DNA of 32,000 nt, taken from assembly GCF_000015225.1 (NCBI RefSeq), contig NC_008698.1, forward strand, positions 990,001-1,022,000. The letters run 5' to 3'. Positions 23,122-31,054 of the stretch are shown here, piece after piece. The number at the start of each line of letters is the position of its first letter. Position 1 is the stretch's first letter. The stretch comes from Thermofilum pendens Hrk 5. Lineage in GTDB: Archaea; Thermoproteota; Thermoprotei; Thermofilales; Thermofilaceae. The notes under the pieces are model-generated. The model saw only the letters and a program-made list of their open reading frames with translations, was not told the origin of the DNA and did no database searches. The position numbers were made by a program, and so were the translations under genes.

Positions 23122-24788
23122 TAGGCGTGGGTGTAGCAGTTGTACCGGCTTTACTGATACTTTCGAGCCTCGTATGCGCTGTGCTAGGACCGCTGTCGCG
23201 TCGTCTATGCGAGGCTCTCGCGGTGCTCGCAACGTTCGTAGGCGCCTGCCTATCCGCCGCTTTCTTCGCCGGATACCTGCCACCGGGCCCCGGAGCTTAC
23301 GGGGACTGGATTTCCCGCCTGATGCTAGCCGTAGTGAACGTCCTAGGCTTCCTCATAACGCTGTACAGCGTCGGCTACATGTCGGGAGAGGCCGGCTACG
23401 TCCGCTACTACTCGCTGATACTCCTGTTCATAGGCTCGATGTCGGGGCTCGTCCTCACCGAGGACCTAGTCCTCCTCTACTTGTTCTGGGAGCTCGTAGG
23501 GGTATGTAGCGCACTGCTCATCGCGTACTGGTGGGAGAAGCCGGAAGCAAGGAGGGCGGGCCTCAAGGCGTTCACCGTGACGAGAGTGGGAGACGTAGGG
23601 CTCCTACTGGCTCTGGCAACGGTAATCCAAGCTACCGGGACGACGCGCATCCCCGGGGTGATCGCCTCCCTCTCGGGCAACGCGCAGCTAGCCCTGACGG
23701 TGTGCAGTCTCCTGCTCGTAGCGGCTGTGGGCAAGTCCGCTCAATTCCCCCTCTTCGTCTGGTTGCCGGACGCAATGGAGGGGCCCACGTCTGTCAGCGC
23801 CCTGATACACGCCGCGACAATGGTCAAGGCCGGTGTCTACCTGCTCGCGCGCTTCTACCCGCTCCTACAGGTTGCGCCCGGGCTAGGCGAGCTCGTTGTC
23901 TACCTGTCCGTATTCACGGCTCTACTCTCGGCGCTCGCAGCCCTGGGAGCCTCTGACCTGAAGAAGGTATTAGCGTATAGCACGATAAACCACCTAGCGC
24001 TAATGTTCCTGGCGATAGGTGCAGGCGCACTCGGAGCGGCGATGTACCACTTGCTCGCGCACTCGATGTTCAAAGCGCTCCTATTCCTCTGCGCCGGTCT
24101 AATAATCCATGAGACGAAGACGAGGAGCCTTGACAAGCTCGAAGGGCTTTGGGACGCCGGGCTGAAGTTTACCGCTGTGGCGTTCCTCGTCGGGGCGCTA
24201 AGCCTTGCCGGGCTACCCCCGCTCCCCGGCTTCTTCACCAAGGAGGCTGTCCTCGCCTCGCTGGAAAGCGCTATACACGGCGAGGCTGTCCTAGCCCTCT
24301 GCTTCGCGCTGAGTGCTCTCTCCTCCCTATACATCTTCAGGCTGTTCTTCAGGCTATTCACTGGTTGTTGCTTCAGGCCTCTACACGAGGAGCTCGACGC
24401 GATGACTGTGCCTATAGCTGTGCTCGCAGTACTTACCGCCCTAGGGCTACCAGTGTTACAGGCTGTGCATGCCTACCTCGGAGTTCCCCTCGAGCTCTCC
24501 GAGGTGAACCTCCCGGCCGTCGTCGGCGCTTTCGCCGGGCTAGCCGTTTCGTACGCGGTGTGGGGTAGGCACGCTCTCGCCGAGCTGAGGCTGTTCCTGA
24601 GACCCCTAGCGCGGGTAGCGGACAGGGGCTTCTACTTCGACGACCTCTACACCTTCCTGGCAAAGAGGGTAGTCAGCATTCTCTCGGGCACGTTTACGAG
24701 GCTTCAGTACGGCAACCCAGCTGTTAACACCCTGTGGCTCCTCGGCTTCCTCCTCGTCTTGTTGATAGTTGTCCTGGGGGTGATCTAG
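23118..24788 (+). CDS. NuoL/MnhA-like antiporter-type subunit
   Basis: 556 aa with a GTGA overlap. Motifs present: 'LFWELVGVCSALLIAYW', 'GKSAQFPLFVWLPDAMEGPTSVSALIHAATMVKAG', 'YSTINHL'. The C-terminal 'RGFYFDDLY...' segment plus a final TM helix resembles the NuoL lateral helix and its anchor. Confidence 0.85.
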   Translation: MIGVGVAVVPALLILSSLVCAVLGPLSRRLCEALAVLATFVGACLSAAFFAGYLPPGPGAYGDWISRLMLAVVNVLGFLITLYSVGYMSGEAGYVRYYSLILLFIGSMSGLVLTEDLVLLYLFWELVGVCSALLIAYWWEKPEARRAGLKAFTVTRVGDVGLLLALATVIQATGTTRIPGVIASLSGNAQLALTVCSLLLVAAVGKSAQFPLFVWLPDAMEGPTSVSALIHAATMVKAGVYLLARFYPLLQVAPGLGELVVYLSVFTALLSALAALGASDLKKVLAYSTINHLALMFLAIGAGALGAAMYHLLAHSMFKALLFLCAGLIIHETKTRSLDKLEGLWDAGLKFTAVAFLVGALSLAGLPPLPGFFTKEAVLASLESAIHGEAVLALCFALSALSSLYIFRLFFRLFTGCCFRPLHEELDAMTVPIAVLAVLTALGLPVLQAVHAYLGVPLELSEVNLPAVVGAFAGLAVSYAVWGRHALAELRLFLRPLARVADRGFYFDDLYTFLAKRVVSILSGTFTRLQYGNPAVNTLWLLGFLLVLLIVVLGVI

Positions 24789-26081
24789 GTGGAGAAGGAG
24801 ATTGTAACCCTTGTCTTTGCGGGGTCCCTGGCCATCCTTTCCTCGGGCTTCCTCCCGGGGAAAGCGTCTAGATACGCGTCCACGGCTCTTTCATCGGCAG
24901 TGATGCTGGCACTCCTGTATATAAGCCTGGGAAACCCCGGGCTAGCGGGGTACGTGGGCTTCGTTTCCTCGGTGATAGGGCTCGCCGCCGTGATCTCCGG
25001 CTTGGACCTCGTAGAGGAGTCTAAACCCCTGCACGACGCGCTGGTCACCGTGCTTACAGCCAGCCTGCCCCTCCTGCTCCTACTCGGCGACCTGCTCAGG
25101 CTGTTCGTGGCGTGGGAAACTATCAGCGTCTGTATACTCGCGTTGACGGCTTTCCACAGGGATAGGGAGAGCGCCGAGGCCGCGGTAAAGTACATCATGC
25201 TGTGCGGAGTGGCATCTCTGCTCGCGCTTGCAGGCATAGCGCTATCCTACTTGGAGACAGGCTCCCTGTCCGTCGAGTCCTTCGCTAAGGCAAGCCTCGC
25301 GGCGAAAATGCTCGTAGTAGTGGGCTTCGGCGCCGAGGCCGCGGTGTTTCCGCTCCACTTCTGGCTACCGGATGCGCACATGGTGGCACCGAGCACTGCG
25401 AGTGCAGTCCTTTCGGGGATAACGATAGAGGCGGCAGGGCTACTCGTCTACAGGCTAGTAGGCTCTGAGCCCATCCTACTGAGGCTCCTCTCGGTGTTGG
25501 CAGTGGCTGGCGCACTTCTCGGAAACTTCTCAGCGTACAGGCAGGTCGACGTCAAGAGGCTACTGGCGTACAGCTCGGTTGCAAACGTAGGCTACATCTT
25601 CCTCGGGTTAACCTCCGGGAATGCTACCGCGAGGACAGCCGCCTACCTCCACGTAGCGGGCCACGGCTTCCTAAAGGCTGCCCTCTTCATACTCTCGGGC
25701 GTGCTCCTGGCGGACTTCGGCTCAAGGAGGCTCGACAAGCTTCAAGGCTCCCTCTCGGGGAGCAAGGTCCTCAAGGCCGTGCTCGTAGTGGCCGCGCTCG
25801 GCTTAACGGGGGCACCGCTAGCCCTCACATTTTGGTCGGAGCTCTACATAATAGTCGGAGTTGCCCAGTCATCGCTACTGCTAGCGCTCCTAGCCTTAAC
25901 GGCGGTAATAGCCTCTTTCGGCTACTACTTCAACCTGGTATACGCGCTCTGCGTAGGGGAAGGCTCCAGGCCTTCTGGGAAGCCTAGGCTCGCGGCAGAA
26001 CTCTCCATCGTGGGGCTCGTCGCTCTCTCCGCCTCGTTGCTAGTGCTCTACGGATGGATCGCCGGCTACTTCGCTCTCTGA
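24789..26081 (+). CDS. NuoN/NuoM/MnhD-like antiporter-type subunit
   Basis: 430 aa; the GTG start directly abuts the upstream stop. Motifs present: 'FPLHFWLPDAHMVAPSTASAVLSG' and 'LLAYSSVANVGYIFLG'. Confidence 0.8.
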   Translation: MEKEIVTLVFAGSLAILSSGFLPGKASRYASTALSSAVMLALLYISLGNPGLAGYVGFVSSVIGLAAVISGLDLVEESKPLHDALVTVLTASLPLLLLLGDLLRLFVAWETISVCILALTAFHRDRESAEAAVKYIMLCGVASLLALAGIALSYLETGSLSVESFAKASLAAKMLVVVGFGAEAAVFPLHFWLPDAHMVAPSTASAVLSGITIEAAGLLVYRLVGSEPILLRLLSVLAVAGALLGNFSAYRQVDVKRLLAYSSVANVGYIFLGLTSGNATARTAAYLHVAGHGFLKAALFILSGVLLADFGSRRLDKLQGSLSGSKVLKAVLVVAALGLTGAPLALTFWSELYIIVGVAQSSLLLALLALTAVIASFGYYFNLVYALCVGEGSRPSGKPRLAAELSIVGLVALSASLLVLYGWIAGYFAL

Positions 26082-26242
26082 CGCGCAGTATCCCTGAAGG
26101 CAAAGCGAGGCTAGACTTTACCGGAAGCCTCTTTTTTACTTTGGTCAAGCGCTTTCTTTACCGCCCAGCTGAAACAGATATATCAAGATTATTAGCTATT
26201 AACGTAAAGATTTAAATCCTCGGGTCAAAGGTTTTTAAAGAG
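26082..26242 (+). promoter_or_regulatory. inter-operon spacer: T6 terminator tract (26132-26137) then the TATA-like promoter of the nuo-type operon
   Basis: 'cctcttttttac' lies after the stop of the last hydrogenase-type gene. 'aaagatttaaatcc' (tttaaat at 26211-26217) lies 26-32 nt before GTG 26243. Confidence 0.5.
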
Positions 26243-26614
26243 GTGTACGCGGTGTCTCCTTCGAGTACACTCGCGTTGACCCTGTTCTTGGGGATCGTAG
26301 CGGGGCTACTAGTAGTCGTCCTGGCGCTCATACTCGTTAAGGGGCCCGAGGGTAAGTTTAAGAGGAAGAGGTACGAGGCTGGGAACCCTCCCAGCGGCGA
26401 GGCTAAGACGCAGCTACCCTACCAGTACTACGGGTACCTCCTACTCTACCTGACGGTAGAGCCTCTGCTGGCGTTCCTGTACCTTTACCCGGGCGTTCCA
26501 AGGGAACAAGCCTTACCCTCTTTCCTCGTGCTCCTCTCCGCGTTCCTGTTCCTCGCCCCCCTCGTCGCCTGGGGCGTAAAAGCCGCCGATGAGCTGGAGA
26601 GGTGGAGAGCTTGA
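26243..26614 (+). CDS. nuoA: NADH-quinone oxidoreductase subunit A-like
   Basis: 123 aa with 3 TM segments. It has the loop 'KRKRYEAGNPPSG' (the YECG-type motif) and an acidic residue in TM2 ('LTVEPLLAF'). GTG is the start. Confidence 0.8.
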   Translation: MYAVSPSSTLALTLFLGIVAGLLVVVLALILVKGPEGKFKRKRYEAGNPPSGEAKTQLPYQYYGYLLLYLTVEPLLAFLYLYPGVPREQALPSFLVLLSAFLFLAPLVAWGVKAADELERWRA

Positions 26615-27126
26615 GCTGCCCCCTCGGCTTCGTAATGGTGGGTAGGCTCGAAGAGTCCGCCAGAAAGGCTGCGCAGTGGCTCGTAGAGAAAACGCCGATA
26701 AGGTCCCTGAGGGACTGGGCGATAACATTCAGCCTGTGGCCTGTCCACTTCACCACTTCTTGTTGCGGCGCGGAATTTGCCGCTACCTCTGCTCCGCGCT
26801 TCGACGCCGAGAGGTTCGGCTTCCTACCGTTCAACTCGCCCCGCCAGACGAACCTGATGGTTATTGAGGGTACTCTTACGAAGAAGATGGGGGAGGCCGC
26901 CAAGATAGTCTATGACCAGATGCCGTGGCCAAAGTTCGTCATAGCCATGGGTGCATGCGCGATAGACGGCGGCCTGTTCTACAACAGCTATAACATAGTG
27001 AGGCCTAAGGACATACTCCCCGTGGAGTACTTCATTCCCGGTTGCCCGCCCAGGCCCGAGGCAGTAGCCCAGGCGATAATCATGCTTCAAGAGAAGGTGA
27101 GGAAGGGTGAGTGGAGAAAAGCCTAG
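26602..27126 (+). CDS. nuoB: NADH-quinone oxidoreductase subunit B-like (N2 [4Fe-4S])
   Basis: It has tandem cysteines 'TTSCCGAEF', then 'MGACAIDGG' and 'PGCPPRPE'. The start is GTG 26602 (13-nt overlap with nuoA) or ATG 26635. Confidence 0.9.
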   Translation: MESLSCPLGFVMVGRLEESARKAAQWLVEKTPIRSLRDWAITFSLWPVHFTTSCCGAEFAATSAPRFDAERFGFLPFNSPRQTNLMVIEGTLTKKMGEAAKIVYDQMPWPKFVIAMGACAIDGGLFYNSYNIVRPKDILPVEYFIPGCPPRPEAVAQAIIMLQEKVRKGEWRKA

Positions 27127-27592
27127 CTGGCTGGTAGCCCTGGAGGGCAGGTTGAGGGAGCTGGGCGCGGAGCTCGAGGTACAGGGGAGCATACTCAGGG
27201 TGAGGCCAGCGCCGGGCAAAGTCCGGGAAGTAGCCGCGGCGGCCGTGGAGGCGGGCTTCGACCACCTAGCCTCCGTCGAGGGCATCGACTGGCCGTCCAA
27301 GGGGGTTATCGAGGTGGTTTACCACGCCGAGAGCTACGAGCCTGAGAAGAGGAGGTTCCTCTTCGAGGTCAGGGTGCAGTTGCCGCGCGAGAAGCCCGTT
27401 ACCCCGTCTCTCTTCGACGTATGGCCGAACGCGCTCTTCATGGAGAGGGAGACCTGGGAAATGCTGGGGGTAATCTTCGAGGGGCACCCGGAGCTCCGCA
27501 GGCTACTACTGCCCCCGGGCTGGGAGGGGCCCCCGCCCTTGAGGAAGGACTTCAAGGTTGTAGAGGAGGGTATATATGTTGAGTACGAGTAG
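27107..27592 (+). CDS. nuoC: NADH-quinone oxidoreductase subunit C-like
   Basis: 161 aa. 'FDHLASVEGIDW...EVVYH...FMERETWEMLGVIFEGHPELRRLLLP' is the NuoC/30-kDa signature. Confidence 0.85.
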   Translation: MSGEKPSWLVALEGRLRELGAELEVQGSILRVRPAPGKVREVAAAAVEAGFDHLASVEGIDWPSKGVIEVVYHAESYEPEKRRFLFEVRVQLPREKPVTPSLFDVWPNALFMERETWEMLGVIFEGHPELRRLLLPPGWEGPPPLRKDFKVVEEGIYVEYE

Positions 27593-28790
27593 CGGTGTCG
27601 TATACTCGAGGCTGTTACTCAGGGAGGGCGACGAGTCCGTCTACGAGCTCTTCATAGGGCCGCAACACCCATCCTCGGGCCACATGAGGTTCATAGTGAG
27701 GCTTCAGGGAGACGTAATAGTGTCCGTCGACCCGGACATAGGCTACGTGCACCGCACGATGGAGAAGCTCGCCGAGGGGCGGGAGGCCATAAAGGCGATA
27801 CCGCTCCTCGAAAGGCTGACGATAATAGACTCGCATAACGCCACGGTAGGCCTGGTAACGGCGATGGAGAGGCTTCTCGACGTGGAGCCTCCGCCGCGGG
27901 CCCTCTACCTCAGGACTCTTCTCTCGGAGATAAACAGGATAGCGAGCCACCTGTACGGGATGGGCATAGCCGGGATCATGCTGAACCACTCGACGATGTT
28001 CATGTGGGCGTTCGGGGACCGCGAGGTGTGGCTCCAGCTCGCCGAGGAATTGACGGGGGCCAGGCTCACACACACCTACAGCGTGCCAGGGGGTGTGAGG
28101 AGGGATCTTCCGCAGGGCTTCGGGGAGAAGTTCGAGAAAGCAGCTAGGTACATGGAGAGGAGGTTGCAGGATTACATGAGGATCTTCCTGGAGAACCCCC
28201 AGGTGGTCGCGAGGTACGAAGGCGTAGGGGTGTTGAAGAAGTCCGAGGCCTCCAGGCTCGGGGTCGTGGGCCCGAACCTACGCGCGAGCGGCGTGAAATA
28301 CGACGCTAGGCTCGCGGACGACTACGGTGCCTACAAGGACCTCGAGTTCGAGGTTCCAACCCGAGAGGAGGGCGACTGTATGGCTAGGATGCTGGTTAGA
28401 GTGGAGGAGATAAAGCAGAGCATCTCGATCATACGCCAAGTACTCCGGAAGATGCCGGATGGACCCATACTCTCCGAGAAGTACCTCAAGCTCCTGCCGC
28501 CCAAGACTCGCGAGAGGGTTTTGCAGGAGGGGAGGGTCAAGTTCCCGGCGCTCTTCGCCTCCCTGAAGTTGCCCGCCGGCGAAGCCGTGGCTAGGGCCGA
28601 GATGGGGCACGGCGAGATATTCTACCACATCACGGGGGACGGGTCGGCGAAGCCGTACAGGCTCCGGGTCGTAACGCCCTCCTTCAGGAACGTCATACTG
28701 TTCAGGTACCTGGCCCCCGGTCACAGGTTTATGGATTTCCCCGCGATATACGGTTCTCTGGACTACTTCCCTCCCGAGGCGGATAGGTGA
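27576..28790 (+). CDS. nuoD: NADH-quinone oxidoreductase subunit D-like (49-kDa family, no Ni-Fe ligands)
   Basis: 404 aa. Motifs present: 'GPQHPSSGHMRF', 'DIGYVHRTMEKL', 'PGGVRRDLP'. The positions of the hydrogenase L1/L2 cysteines read 'ERLTIID' and 'LDYFPPEADR', followed directly by the stop. Confidence 0.85.
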   Translation: MLSTSSGVVYSRLLLREGDESVYELFIGPQHPSSGHMRFIVRLQGDVIVSVDPDIGYVHRTMEKLAEGREAIKAIPLLERLTIIDSHNATVGLVTAMERLLDVEPPPRALYLRTLLSEINRIASHLYGMGIAGIMLNHSTMFMWAFGDREVWLQLAEELTGARLTHTYSVPGGVRRDLPQGFGEKFEKAARYMERRLQDYMRIFLENPQVVARYEGVGVLKKSEASRLGVVGPNLRASGVKYDARLADDYGAYKDLEFEVPTREEGDCMARMLVRVEEIKQSISIIRQVLRKMPDGPILSEKYLKLLPPKTRERVLQEGRVKFPALFASLKLPAGEAVARAEMGHGEIFYHITGDGSAKPYRLRVVTPSFRNVILFRYLAPGHRFMDFPAIYGSLDYFPPEADR

Positions 28791-28796
28791 TCCTGT

Positions 28797-29810
28797 ATGG
28801 GGCTAGTCGAGTGGATAGTAAGGCTCGTGCTCTCCCCCGGGGTGTTCGCCCCGGTGATATTCCCGGGTTTGCTCACAGCGCTGGCGGTACTGCTCATAGT
28901 AATATGGGCCGAGAGAAAGATAGCCGCTAGGGTCCAGATGCGCGTTGGACCCCTCTACGTTACGAGGCACTTCGGAGGAGTACTGCAGATGCTGGCCGAT
29001 GGTACGCGCTACATGTTCCAGGAGTTCATCGTACCGGAGACCGCGGACAAGGTTCCCTACATGCTTGCACCGGCGCTCGCGCTAACCCTGGCTATAGCCC
29101 CCTTCGCCCTGATACCCTCTGCTCCGGGCTTCGCGCCGGTAAAGTCTCCGTACTCCCTCCCCGCCCTGCTGGCTATCCTGGCGAGCACGCCGCTCTCAGT
29201 CCTGCTCATGGGCTGGTCTTCTAACAACAAGTTCAGCATACAGGGCGCTGTCAGGGAGGCGTTCATGACTCTAGCCTACGAGGTCCCCCTCTTCCTGTCG
29301 GCTCTCTCCATGGCTATACTCTACGGGTCGATGGATCTCGAAGAGATCGTTGGCAGGCAGTTCCTGCCCGGAGCGCTCCTGAACCCCGTCGCGGCCTTCA
29401 CCTTCTTCGTCGCGATGGTCATGAGCTCCGGGAGGCTACCCTTCGACATTGTTGAGGGCGAACAGGAGATAGTGGCAGGCCCCTACGTCGAGTACACGGG
29501 GATCGTTTTCGGGATAGGCATGGGCTTAGCGTACCTAAAGCTCTACGCCCTCTCGCTACTCTACTCGCTACTCTTTCTGTCGGGCTGGGAGCCCCTGCCC
29601 CGCGCCCTCTACTCGGTGTACCCCGGGCTCGCCGGCGTATGGCTCTTCGCGAAAGCGTTTACGCTGATGCTGTTCGTAGTCTTCCTCAGGTCCGTGTACG
29701 GGAGGTACAGGCTGGACCAGGCTCTCCGCGCAGGGTGGAGGGTGTACCTGGTCCTAGCCGTTGTTTCGATTCTTCTTTCATGCTTGCTTAGGGTGGTGGT
29801 GAATGTCTAG
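28797..29810 (+). CDS. nuoH: NADH-quinone oxidoreductase subunit H-like
   Basis: 337 aa. Motifs present: 'ERKIAARVQMRVGPLYV...GGVLQMLADGTRYMFQEFIVP' and 'GRLPFDIVEGEQEIVAGPYVEYTG'. Confidence 0.9.
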   Translation: MGLVEWIVRLVLSPGVFAPVIFPGLLTALAVLLIVIWAERKIAARVQMRVGPLYVTRHFGGVLQMLADGTRYMFQEFIVPETADKVPYMLAPALALTLAIAPFALIPSAPGFAPVKSPYSLPALLAILASTPLSVLLMGWSSNNKFSIQGAVREAFMTLAYEVPLFLSALSMAILYGSMDLEEIVGRQFLPGALLNPVAAFTFFVAMVMSSGRLPFDIVEGEQEIVAGPYVEYTGIVFGIGMGLAYLKLYALSLLYSLLFLSGWEPLPRALYSVYPGLAGVWLFAKAFTLMLFVVFLRSVYGRYRLDQALRAGWRVYLVLAVVSILLSCLLRVVVNV

Positions 29811-30273
29811 CTACGTGAAGAACTTTGGGGGGCACGTGAGGGCGGTCCTCACGGGGCTAAAGTACCTCGTGAAGCCCAACAGGATCACGGTCTACTACCC
29901 GGAGTACTACGTGGAGCCCCCGGAAGGCTACAGGGGCATGATCAAGTACTACCCGGAGAAATGCATCCAGTGCGGCCTCTGCGCTATGATATGCCCGGCG
30001 GGCGCCATGAAGATGTACGTCAAGAAGGGCGAGAAGAAGGGCAGGCCGGGAGTGAACTACCAGCGGTGTATCTTCTGCGGCTTCTGCGTGGACATTTGCC
30101 CCCAGGACGCCCTGGAGATGACGAAGGTCCACGATGTCGCTTTCTCCAGCTTGGAGGAGCTAGTCTTCCCGCCGGAAAAGCTGGCAGTCGAGGTGCAGTC
30201 CCCCGCGCTTCTGAGGGGCGCCGTCAAGGTGAAGCCTGTTTTCGACGAGGAGAGGGGGTTGAGGCATGAGTAG
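29803..30273 (+). CDS. nuoI: NADH-quinone oxidoreductase subunit I-like (2x[4Fe-4S])
   Basis: 156 aa. Motifs present: 'CIQCGLCAMICP' and 'CIFCGFCVDICP'. It overlaps nuoH by 8 nt. Confidence 0.9.
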   Translation: MSSYVKNFGGHVRAVLTGLKYLVKPNRITVYYPEYYVEPPEGYRGMIKYYPEKCIQCGLCAMICPAGAMKMYVKKGEKKGRPGVNYQRCIFCGFCVDICPQDALEMTKVHDVAFSSLEELVFPPEKLAVEVQSPALLRGAVKVKPVFDEERGLRHE

Positions 30274-30751
30274 CCTGTTGCTCGTATACGTGTTGATCTC
30301 GTGCGCCGTCGCGGTGGCGTCCTCCCTGCTCGCGGTGAAGGTGAAGGAGGACTTCTACGCCGCAGTACTGCTCGGCTTCGTTGGCCTCTCGGTAGCCTCG
30401 CTGATAGCACTGCTCGGCTTTACCTACGTCGCCGTGTTCCACGCGCTAGTCTACGTCGGCGCCACGGTGCTCTTCGTGATAATGGGGGTGATATTCATAG
30501 GCAGGGGGCTGGGCTACGAGAGGAGGATGCTCGCCGCCGGGGTGCTCACATCGGTGTTTGCAGGCTCCCTCTTCTACTACGCGCTCCAGAGCTCCGCGGC
30601 CAGCGGGAGCCCCGCCCCCAGAGTCGGCGTCGACCTGCAACAGCTCTCCCAGGCAGTCCTGCAGAACCAGGTCGCCCTCGTCTTTCTGGTGTTCGCCCTC
30701 GCCCTCCTCCTCGTCGCGGGTTTACCCGTTGCTAGGGGTGATGCTAGATGA
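30266..30751 (+). CDS. nuoJ: NADH-quinone oxidoreductase subunit J-like
   Basis: 161 aa with 5 TM segments. It has 'VAVFHALVYVGATVLFVIMGVIFI' (the NuoJ 'VYxGA' block) and sits between I and K. Confidence 0.75.
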   Translation: MSSLLLVYVLISCAVAVASSLLAVKVKEDFYAAVLLGFVGLSVASLIALLGFTYVAVFHALVYVGATVLFVIMGVIFIGRGLGYERRMLAAGVLTSVFAGSLFYYALQSSAASGSPAPRVGVDLQQLSQAVLQNQVALVFLVFALALLLVAGLPVARGDAR

Positions 30752-31053
30752 TTGAAGCCCTGTACGCCTACCTAGCGGCGTCCGCCGCCCTCTTCGGCAT
30801 CGGAGCACTAGGGGCGGTTGTAAGCAGGAGCGTGGTGAAGGTGATGATATCCCTCGAGATAATGTTCAACGGGGTACTGCTAGCGTTGCTAACTCTAGCC
30901 AGCATGGGCAACCCGCTCGTAGGCTATACTCTCTCCCTCTTCGCGATAGCTTTGAGCTCGGTCGAGGTGGGCTTACTCGTTTCTGTTTTCATCCTCCTCT
31001 ACAGGAGGACTAGAAGTTTGGACGTTTATGAGATTCCCGGTTTAGGTGAGTAG
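30748..31053 (+). CDS. nuoK: NADH-quinone oxidoreductase subunit K-like
   Basis: 101 aa with an ATGA overlap and 3 TM segments. Both conserved glutamates are present ('SLEIMFNG' in TM2 and 'SSVEVGLL' in TM3). Confidence 0.85.
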   Translation: MIEALYAYLAASAALFGIGALGAVVSRSVVKVMISLEIMFNGVLLALLTLASMGNPLVGYTLSLFAIALSSVEVGLLVSVFILLYRRTRSLDVYEIPGLGE

Positions 31054-31054
31054 T

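Noticed and set aside
23174-24663. Multiple 76-153 aa ORFs in other frames or on the other strand within the NuoL-like gene.
   Set aside because: The explanation is the same: these are GC-rich off-frame ORFs, and the NuoL-like frame carries the family signatures.
26403-26903. 166-aa minus-strand ORF spanning the nuoA/nuoB junction, and the nested ORFs 26485-26748 and 26513-26728.
   Set aside because: These are antisense, Arg/Gly/Pro-rich translations of well-supported nuoA and nuoB.
30301-30735. 144-aa + strand Arg-rich ORF, plus ORFs 29961-30269 and 30057-30410.
   Set aside because: They are alternative-frame or antisense translations of nuoI and nuoJ with low-complexity Arg/Pro/Gly composition.
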